This document shows positions 17,145-24,424 of a DNA stretch of 24,424 bases, piece after piece (within the stretch, counting starts at the first letter, position 1; every line of letters starts with the position of its first letter). A program made the position numbers and the translations under genes. The stretch covers positions 1-24,424 of the forward strand of contig JBHHYI010000052.1 of NCBI GenBank assembly GCA_046757525.1, read 5' to 3'. Source of the DNA: a bacterium. GTDB taxonomy: Bacteria > Zhuqueibacterota > Zhuqueibacteria > Oceanimicrobiales > Oceanimicrobiaceae. The notes below the pieces were generated by a model. It saw only the letters and a program-made list of their open reading frames with translations, did not search any database and had not been told where the DNA came from.

Positions 17145-17834
17145 ATGAAGCGTAACAAAAATCAAGGATGGTTTAAGCTTTTAGCGGTGTTTCATATAAT
17201 TGTGTTGAGTTTTTTGATTTTGCTGTGGGGGCAGTCACGAGCAGAACAAAGAGCGCGCACGCTCACTTTCAGGAAGGGGGATGCCATACGGTTGACCATT
17301 TGGCAACCCCTGAGAATTGGGGAAGGCAAGAATCATTCATTAGACATTAATGGAGATTACCCCATCGACAGCCGAGGTCACGTGTTTCTCCCGCTGGTCG
17401 GCGACGTCAAAGTGGTCGGCCACAACACGGAGACCTTAGCCAATTTGCTTAAGGAGAAGTTCAGTCCTTATTATCAGGATCCGGTGATCATTGTGAATCC
17501 TTTGATTCGCGTAACCATGCAGGGTGCGTTCAACAGGCCCGGTACTTATCTGGTCAAACCCGACGCTTCGCTTTGGGAATTGGTCGATCTGGCCGGAGGG
17601 CCGAGCGACCGGAGCAATCTGCAGAAAATGTGGGTAGAAAGAGGTGGCAAGATCATCAATGGCAATCTCCTGGGCAGTTTTGAAAAAGGGTACTCTCTGC
17701 GTGAAATTGGCATTGTTTCTGGGGATCAGATTCTGGTACCTCAAAGAGGGCACTTCACGCTCAGGGATGCTTTTGACATTCTCAGATTTGGTGTCACCAT
17801 TTTGAACTTGTATATCGTTATTCAAAGAATCTGA
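17145..17834 (+). CDS. Polysaccharide export OPX (Wza-like) protein with one SLBB domain
   Basis: GDAIRL..IDSRGHVFLPLVGDVKVVG export motif, GAFNRPGTY..LAGG SLBB, GDQILVP, hydrophobic C-terminal helix. Confidence 0.85.
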   Translation: MKRNKNQGWFKLLAVFHIIVLSFLILLWGQSRAEQRARTLTFRKGDAIRLTIWQPLRIGEGKNHSLDINGDYPIDSRGHVFLPLVGDVKVVGHNTETLANLLKEKFSPYYQDPVIIVNPLIRVTMQGAFNRPGTYLVKPDASLWELVDLAGGPSDRSNLQKMWVERGGKIINGNLLGSFEKGYSLREIGIVSGDQILVPQRGHFTLRDAFDILRFGVTILNLYIVIQRI

Positions 17835-17878
17835 TTTATTCACCCCGCAGGCTCTTGAAAAAAGGAGAGTTGTAAGGT

Positions 17879-20206
17879 ATGGATTCGTATTTTCTGGATG
17901 AAACCAACGGCATCGACGAGGAAAAGTTAGATTTAGGCAGATACTATCGCGTGCTGCTCAAGCGGTGGTGGCTGGTGCTGTTAATAACGGTTGTCGTGAC
18001 TGTCCCCTGGGTCATTTATCTGAAAAAACAACCCCCCGTTTACGAGGCTGAAGCACTGATCAGATTTACCAGTTTTGGAGGTTTCGATCCAGCATTGTTG
18101 GAAAGCAGAATGACGGAACTCACCAGCCGTTCCTTCGCTGAACGTGTGGTTGCCCAGTTAGGTTTGGCCATGCGATTCACAGACGAGGGAAAGTTGTTGA
18201 CAAGAAGAGACGTGTTCGATACCTTCTCCACCACCCAAAATCCTGTCACTGGCAACTACATCCTGCACCTGTCCGATAGGCAGACTTACAAACTGTCGTT
18301 GGTTTTAGAAGAAGGCCGAGAGAAAACGTTGCGCAGCGGCTACATCAATGAAATCACCGACAGTTTAACTACGATAAATGGATTTTCTTTCAAATTAGCA
18401 TGGAATGGCATCACGCCTCCCCAGGATATCCCATTCAAGATCAGCAGCTTCAGAAAATCGGTTAAGAGGTTCCAGGACAGAACCCAGGTTGATATTCACC
18501 GGTCTGGTAACTTGATGAGCCTCAAGCTGATAGATGACGATCCCTACCTGGTGACCCAGATGACCAATCGGTTGGCCGAAATATTTGTTGAAGAAAGTGC
18601 ATCCGTGAAGAAGCGTTCCATCGAAGACCGGCGCAAGTTGCTGGAAGATCAACTTCGAATTACAGAAAAAAAGCTAAACGCCTCAGAGAATAAGTTAAAA
18701 GCATTTAAGGAAAGGAATTCGGTCGATCTGGATGCCGAAAATAAAAAACAATTAAACGACGTCGTTTCTTATGGGAGACAAAGAGATAAGATTACGAATC
18801 TTATCAATGCATTGAATACCCTGTTGTCCAAACTGCAGAGTGAGAAGTTAGCCGTAAATGCCAACAGTGATAGTGAGAGCGAAATACGTTACATAATGCG
18901 TGAGATTGCCGCCAACTCGGCCTTTGAGAACGATCCTTCCATGTTGGTGATTCGAAACCAATTGGCGGACTTAGAGAAATCTTACGATACGGTCGTGAGC
19001 AGAACTTCCAAAAGCAATTTCAAGGCCAAAGAATTGATGGCCAAAATAAAAGACTTGCATGTTCAAATTGAGAGTTTGGCAGATCAAAAGACCCAGATCC
19101 TACAAAATGACCTGGCCGTGGTCGAGACGTCAATCAATCAATTGAATTACGAGCTCAGCCGATTGCCCGGATTGCAAAAGGAATTCAGTGAATTAAAACG
19201 GGAGAATGATGTTTTAGCAGACCAATATAAGAATCTTCTCGCGAAAACCAGGGACATTCAAATGACCGAGCAGGTCGAAACTGAAAAAGTTGAAATATTA
19301 GACCCCGCCATCGAGCCAGAACTGCCTGTGAACAACGACAAGAAAAAGAATGCGGCTTTTGGCGGCATTTTGGGATTGATGCTCGGGATTGGGGTGACGC
19401 TGCTCATCGAGTTTTTCGACAAAAGCATTAAGACCGTCGATGATATCAAAAAATATTTGAAATTGAGGGTGCTCGGCACCATTCCACAAATCGATTTCAG
19501 TGATGTCTTCGATTTTCAGGATTCTGAAAAGGTGAAACAAATAGACCAGCAACTGGTGACCCACGATTACTCACCGACACCCATCGGCGAGGCTTACCGT
19601 TCGCTGCGCACCAATCTCTTGTTTTCAAAGGAAACAGGAAGAATCCAATCCCTGGTGATTACCAGCAATGAACCAGGCGATGGCAAGTCTTTTACTGCGG
19701 CCAATCTTTCTATTACTTTTGCGCAACTCAAAAGCAACAGCCTGCTCATCGACACGGATTTGCGCCGCGGCGTCTTGCACAATACATTCGGCGTGCCCAA
19801 GGAGCCGGGTTTTAGCAATTACTTAACCAACATGGTGCCGCTACAAAGTATTTTGAGAGAGACGCACATTCCTAACTTGACGCTCATAAGTTGCGGATCT
19901 TTGATTCCAAATCCCTCGGAATTGCTTGGATCGCATCAGATGCGGCGCTTCATCGACGAGGTACGCAGGAAGTACGATTTGATCGTTTTCGATAGTCCTC
20001 CTTTAAACGCAGCTACCGATGCCGTGGTGATCGGCACCCAGGTGGATGGAACAGTGGTGGTGATTCGCGCCGCAAAAACGAACCGGGATTTAGCCCGTCA
20101 AAAACTTGAATTGTTTACCAATGTACCCGCTAAGCTCTTGGGAGTGATTTTTAACGGTACCACGGCTGATATGGCGCATCCCGGTTACAGTTATTACCAT
20201 TATTAA
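17879..20206 (+). CDS. wzc: Polysaccharide co-polymerase / tyrosine autokinase (Wzc)
   Basis: Two TM segments flanking a coiled-coil region; EAYRSLRTNL, Walker A PGDGKS, A' IDTDLR, B FDSPP; terminal Tyr cluster GYSYYHY. Confidence 0.92.
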   Translation: MDSYFLDETNGIDEEKLDLGRYYRVLLKRWWLVLLITVVVTVPWVIYLKKQPPVYEAEALIRFTSFGGFDPALLESRMTELTSRSFAERVVAQLGLAMRFTDEGKLLTRRDVFDTFSTTQNPVTGNYILHLSDRQTYKLSLVLEEGREKTLRSGYINEITDSLTTINGFSFKLAWNGITPPQDIPFKISSFRKSVKRFQDRTQVDIHRSGNLMSLKLIDDDPYLVTQMTNRLAEIFVEESASVKKRSIEDRRKLLEDQLRITEKKLNASENKLKAFKERNSVDLDAENKKQLNDVVSYGRQRDKITNLINALNTLLSKLQSEKLAVNANSDSESEIRYIMREIAANSAFENDPSMLVIRNQLADLEKSYDTVVSRTSKSNFKAKELMAKIKDLHVQIESLADQKTQILQNDLAVVETSINQLNYELSRLPGLQKEFSELKRENDVLADQYKNLLAKTRDIQMTEQVETEKVEILDPAIEPELPVNNDKKKNAAFGGILGLMLGIGVTLLIEFFDKSIKTVDDIKKYLKLRVLGTIPQIDFSDVFDFQDSEKVKQIDQQLVTHDYSPTPIGEAYRSLRTNLLFSKETGRIQSLVITSNEPGDGKSFTAANLSITFAQLKSNSLLIDTDLRRGVLHNTFGVPKEPGFSNYLTNMVPLQSILRETHIPNLTLISCGSLIPNPSELLGSHQMRRFIDEVRRKYDLIVFDSPPLNAATDAVVIGTQVDGTVVVIRAAKTNRDLARQKLELFTNVPAKLLGVIFNGTTADMAHPGYSYYHY

Positions 20207-20240
20207 AATCGCAGTCTCGAACGACAAAAAAATCAGACAA

Positions 20241-21212
20241 ATGAACAACATCTTGGTCACAGGAGGTGCCGGGTTCATCGGTTCGCATTTGTGCGAGAAG
20301 CTGCTGGATCTTGGACACGAAGTGGTTTGCCTCGATAACTTTAATGATTATTACGATCCGCGTATCAAGAGAAACAACATTGAGAGCATTCTAACACATG
20401 CTCGATTTCAGCTCATCGAAGGGGATATCACCGATCTAAGTCGATTGCAACAGATTTTTGCTGAGTTCAAATTCGAAATCGTCATTCATCTTGCGGCCCG
20501 GGCTGGTGTCAGGCCGTCAATTCTCGAACCTCTCTTGTACCAGAAGGTAAACGTGGTGGGGACGACAAATCTTCTCGAAATGGCTAAGAAATATGAAGTG
20601 GGAAAATTCATTTTTGGCTCTTCCTCTTCTGTCTACGGCGAGAACAAAAAAGTTCCGTTCAGCGAAGACGATGTGGTCGATTATCCGATTTCGCCTTACG
20701 CGGCCACCAAGAAAGCAGGGGAGCTTGTCTGCTTCACCTACCACCACCTGTACGGATTGCCCGTGAGTTGCCTTCGATTCTTCACGGTTTACGGTCCGCG
20801 ACAGCGTCCGGATATGGCCATTCACAAATTCGCGAGAATCATCTCAGAGAACGGAAAAATTCCCATGTTTGGAGATGGGCATTCCAGACGAGACTATACC
20901 TATATCTCCGACATCATCGATGGCATTTACAAATCGGTACAGCACTGCAACGGCTACCACATTTACAACCTGGGAGAATCGCAAACGATTGAATTAGGAG
21001 TCTTGATCGAGTTGATCGGCCGACATCTGGGCCTTGAGCCACGAATAGAAGTGCTGCCTACTCAACCGGGGGACGTGCCAATAACTTACGCAAACATAAC
21101 CAAAGCTCGACAGGAGATCGGCTACAACCCACACGTCAACATTGAACAGGGGATTGAGAAATTCGTTCAGTGGTTCAGGGAAGGGGTGTGTTCAAGAAGG
21201 GGTGATGTTTAA
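20241..21212 (+). CDS. NAD-dependent nucleotide-sugar epimerase (UDP-glucuronate 4-epimerase-like)
   Basis: TGGAGFIG, HLAARAGVR, SSSSVYG, YAATK (YxxxK), RFFTVYGPRQRPDMA, QPGDV. Confidence 0.85.
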   Translation: MNNILVTGGAGFIGSHLCEKLLDLGHEVVCLDNFNDYYDPRIKRNNIESILTHARFQLIEGDITDLSRLQQIFAEFKFEIVIHLAARAGVRPSILEPLLYQKVNVVGTTNLLEMAKKYEVGKFIFGSSSSVYGENKKVPFSEDDVVDYPISPYAATKKAGELVCFTYHHLYGLPVSCLRFFTVYGPRQRPDMAIHKFARIISENGKIPMFGDGHSRRDYTYISDIIDGIYKSVQHCNGYHIYNLGESQTIELGVLIELIGRHLGLEPRIEVLPTQPGDVPITYANITKARQEIGYNPHVNIEQGIEKFVQWFREGVCSRRGDV

Positions 21213-21254
21213 GACCTGATTTGTTAATAACGACTTTTCAACTGCGGGTTTTGC

Positions 21255-22712
21255 ATGGTACAGGAAAAAGAAGCGATCGTTGGCAACGCATCGAGAGTCA
21301 TAGATGCCCTGGTCATCATGATCGCGTTCGTGGTTTCGTATTTTATTAGTCTTTACATCCGACACGTATACCAATTGGGGGAAATGGCGCATGCCATCGC
21401 CTATAATTGGGAAGGGTTAGTGTTCTTTGCCAGAAAAAATGCAATTCTGATTTTCTCTTACATTCCGATCTGGCTCATCTTGTTGACAAAACAAGGTTCC
21501 TACAAGGACATGCGCACCAAGTCGGTTGCCAAAGAAATACTGATCCTTCTGAAGGCAGGCGCCCTGGCAACCGTCTCATTGGGTAGCCTCATCTTCTTGT
21601 TTAAAATGACCTTGACCAGTCGCCTTTTCATAGGAATTTACTCAGCAACGACCATTTTGTTCTTGATAGTCGCCAAATTTCTCCTGAATGAATTTCTTGA
21701 ATATATTCACAAGAAGGGCCTGAACCAGATCAACCTGTTGATTGTAGGAACCGGCAAACGGGCGCGGGAATTTATTCGAGAGGTGCGAAGTCATGCTAAC
21801 TGGGGTCTGCAAATCGTCGGGTTGATCGATGATGAGCACGGAATGTTTGGCAAGGAAATCGAGGGCTTCCGGGTTCTGGGAAGAATCCAGGACATTCCCT
21901 TTATTCTGCACCGAAAGGTTGTGGACCGGGTGATTTTCGTGGTGCCGCGATTGTGGCTCAATCGGATTGATGAAGCCATATTGGCTTGCGAGAGAGAGGG
22001 CATTAGCACTTCTATTTCCATGGATCTGTACAATTTAAGAATTGCCAAAGTTCGACAGACCGATTTCAGCGGTTTCCCGCTTTTGGAGTTCGAGACGTTT
22101 TCTGCAAGTCAATTACAGCTTTTCTTGAAACGGATTTTAGACATTCTGTTGTCGGTTCTATTGTTGCTCTTGTTTTCGCCCATTATTTTGCTGGCGGCCA
22201 TCGCAATTAAGCTAACCTCCAAAGGTAGCTTGCTATTCACGCAGACGCGCTCGGGACTTAACGGGCGCAAGTTCAAACTGTACAAATTCCGCACGATGAT
22301 TGTGGGGGCTGAAATGAAAAAGCGTGAGTTGGAAAAAAAGAATGAAATGGAAGGCCCGGTCTTTAAGATGAAGAGAGATCCCAGAATAACCATTGTAGGC
22401 AGGATTCTGCGCAAATTTAGCATCGACGAAATCCCCCAATTGATCAACGTCTTGAAGGGGGATATGAGTATCGTGGGTCCGCGCCCCCCTTTACCCGTGG
22501 AAGTCGATCTGTATAAAGTGTGGCAAAGAAGGCGTTTGAGTTTGAAACCGGGGCTTACCTGCATTTGGCAGGTGAGCGGTCGCAACAGGATTCAATTTGA
22601 AAAATGGATGGAGATGGACCTTGAATACATCGACCAGTGGTCGATTTGGCTTGACTTAAAAATCCTATTCAAGACCGTGTTTGTGGTGATGTTTGGCTAC
22701 GGTGCCAGTTGA
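21255..22712 (+). CDS. Polyprenyl-phosphate hexose-1-phosphate transferase (priming glycosyltransferase, WcaJ/CpsE-like)
   Basis: N-terminal TMs, Rossmann-like middle domain, KRILDI, KFRTM, DPRIT, DEIPQLINVLKGDMSIVGPRP, KPGLT..WQVSGR. Confidence 0.92.
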   Translation: MVQEKEAIVGNASRVIDALVIMIAFVVSYFISLYIRHVYQLGEMAHAIAYNWEGLVFFARKNAILIFSYIPIWLILLTKQGSYKDMRTKSVAKEILILLKAGALATVSLGSLIFLFKMTLTSRLFIGIYSATTILFLIVAKFLLNEFLEYIHKKGLNQINLLIVGTGKRAREFIREVRSHANWGLQIVGLIDDEHGMFGKEIEGFRVLGRIQDIPFILHRKVVDRVIFVVPRLWLNRIDEAILACEREGISTSISMDLYNLRIAKVRQTDFSGFPLLEFETFSASQLQLFLKRILDILLSVLLLLLFSPIILLAAIAIKLTSKGSLLFTQTRSGLNGRKFKLYKFRTMIVGAEMKKRELEKKNEMEGPVFKMKRDPRITIVGRILRKFSIDEIPQLINVLKGDMSIVGPRPPLPVEVDLYKVWQRRRLSLKPGLTCIWQVSGRNRIQFEKWMEMDLEYIDQWSIWLDLKILFKTVFVVMFGYGAS

Positions 22713-22760
22713 CATTCAACAAGCGTTGTATTTCAGGCTCTTATCTAAAGGAGGGAACTC

Positions 22761-24071
22761 ATGCACGTCAGTGTGGTCGGCACAGGATATGTGGGATTGG
22801 TCACCGGCACAGGTTTCGCAGAGTTTGGCAACGACGTCATCTGTGTCGACATCGACGAGGAAAAGATCGACAATCTCAACCAGGGGATATTGCCTATTTA
22901 TGAACCCGGGTTAGACGTCCTGGTTGCAAAAAACGTGAAAGAGGGAAGGCTCACCTTCACCACCGACATTGAAAAGGCTGTCGAAAACTCGCTGGTTATT
23001 TTCATAGCCGTGGGTACCCCGCAAAAGAAAGATGGGTCCGCGGATTTACGCTCTGTCGAGGATGTAGCCAAACAGATAGCCAGGCACATCAACGGATACA
23101 AGGTAATCGTAAACAAAAGCACGGTGCCTGTGGGTTCCGGAGAATGGATGAAGAAAGTCATAAAAGAGAACTCAGCGGGGCAGTGCACCTTCAGTGTCGT
23201 GTCCAATCCGGAGTTTTTGAGAGAAGGTTCGGCCATCGAAGATTTTATGCGGCCCAACCGGGTGGTGATCGGCTCAGATTCCAGTGAAGCGATCGCCATC
23301 ATGAAAGACCTCTACTCCCCCCTTTATTTGATCGAAACCCCTTTTGTCATCACCAACCTGGTTAGTGCAGAACTGACCAAGTACGCTGCCAACGCCTTTT
23401 TGGCTACCAAGATTTCTTACATCAACGAAATCGCCAACTTTTGTGACATCATCGGCGCGGACGTGCACCAGGTGGCGCGCGGCATGGGTTTGGACCAGCG
23501 CATCGGCAAAAAATTTCTCCACGCGGGACCGGGTTACGGCGGGTCGTGTTTCCCAAAGGACACCAACGCCCTGGTACAAATTGGCCGGAAGTTCAACTAT
23601 AATTTTCAGATTGTTCATTCTACCACCCGGGTAAATGAACAACAACGGCTTTTGATGATCAGCAAAATCAAGAATACCGTTGGCGATCTCAAAGACAAAA
23701 CCTTGGGCGTGTTGGGTTTGTCTTTCAAACCAAACACCGATGATATGCGGGACGCGCCGTCCATTACGATTATTCAAGGGCTGGTGCAAGACGGTCCGGT
23801 GATTAAGGCTTTTGATCCCGTGGCCATGGAACAGGCCAGGAAGGAATTACCCAATCTGATCTATTGTCAGGATACTTACGAAGTGGCCAAAGGTTGCGAC
23901 GCGTTGATATTCATTACTGAATGGAACCAGTTCCGCAGCTTGGATTTGGAAAAGATAAAAAATCTTATGAAAACACCCGTCATCATCGACCTGAGAAATA
24001 TTTACGATCCTGAAAAAATGCGCGAGAAGGGTTTCAAATATTCTTGCGTCGGCCGCCCGGGAACGGAATAG
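22761..24071 (+). CDS. ugd: UDP-glucose 6-dehydrogenase
   Basis: GTGYVG, IAVGTP, KSTVPVG, NPEFLREG, KYAANAFLA, GYGGSCFPKD, FKPNTDDMR; AAGGAGG RBS. Confidence 0.95.
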   Translation: MHVSVVGTGYVGLVTGTGFAEFGNDVICVDIDEEKIDNLNQGILPIYEPGLDVLVAKNVKEGRLTFTTDIEKAVENSLVIFIAVGTPQKKDGSADLRSVEDVAKQIARHINGYKVIVNKSTVPVGSGEWMKKVIKENSAGQCTFSVVSNPEFLREGSAIEDFMRPNRVVIGSDSSEAIAIMKDLYSPLYLIETPFVITNLVSAELTKYAANAFLATKISYINEIANFCDIIGADVHQVARGMGLDQRIGKKFLHAGPGYGGSCFPKDTNALVQIGRKFNYNFQIVHSTTRVNEQQRLLMISKIKNTVGDLKDKTLGVLGLSFKPNTDDMRDAPSITIIQGLVQDGPVIKAFDPVAMEQARKELPNLIYCQDTYEVAKGCDALIFITEWNQFRSLDLEKIKNLMKTPVIIDLRNIYDPEKMREKGFKYSCVGRPGTE

Positions 24072-24109
24072 CGGCGAAATTTTTGGATTGTGATTGGCCT
24101 CCTCGAACT

Positions 24110-24405
24110 CGTCATTTCGCCGCACGAAGTAAGGGCAAAATCTGTCTAAGCACATACACAACAGGTACTTGAAAAACGAAATTTCTCCTCGCGATGCTCA
24201 TCGAAATGACAGGGGAAGGGTGTTCAGTTGTAGCGGAACAAAAAGAGAAAGGAATATGCCCACTAGCTTGTCATTCCGAGCGGAGTCCGGCTCTGCCGGA
24301 CGGAGTCGAGGAATCTGGGTTTTGTGCATTCTCCTGGTGTATTGCAGGTCAGATTTCTCCTCACTTCGTTCGTCGAAATGACAAGAAAAGAGGGGTCGAA
24401 ATGAC
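24110..24405. repeat. Cluster of REP-like palindromic elements (GTCATT(T/C)CG...CGAAATGAC ends)
   Basis: Element 1 at 24110-24211. Element 2 at 24267-24385 with inner GAGGAATCT/AGATTTCTC. Additional half-site GTCGAAATGAC at 24395-24405. Confidence 0.75.
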
Positions 24406-24424
24406 TGAAGGGTTCTACCCGGCG

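Noticed and set aside
22738..22760. CTCTTATC..GGAGGGA resembling a SAM-I riboswitch start
   Set aside because: The gap is only ~48 bp and the match is explained by the ugd Shine-Dalgarno sequence.
24169..24381. 70-aa ORF after ugd
   Set aside because: It runs through REP-like palindromes and has no recognisable domain; likely spurious.

Overview
Bacterial chromosomal window with every credible gene on the + strand. The protein styles (GWxTD protein, 'INER...VIRL' type GlgA) suggest an FCB-related lineage such as KSB1/Calditrichota-like; this is a tentative inference. Gene order: 5'-truncated rimO, GWxTD protein, S66 LD-carboxypeptidase, purN, purH, mreB-mreC-mreD-mrdA-rodA, an unusual OmpA-like barrel protein, a CpoB/YbgF-like lipoprotein, a GalT-like nucleotidyltransferase, a GlgA homolog with degenerate catalytic motifs, a highly structured intergenic region, a STAS-HTH fusion, then the start of a Wzy-type polysaccharide cluster (OPX/wza-like, wzc, NDP-sugar epimerase, priming glycosyltransferase, ugd), ending in REP-like palindromes. 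Most notable: (1) a barrel + Ca-repeat + Ig-like + C-terminal hydrophobic helix protein sitting where Pal usually precedes cpoB; (2) a probable pseudo-enzyme glycogen synthase; (3) a STAS domain fused to a transposase-like HTH heading the EPS genes; (4) a ~160-nt RNA with alternative folds upstream of it; (5) tandem 29-bp palindromic repeats upstream of purH. All calls come from motif recognition by eye; no searches were run.
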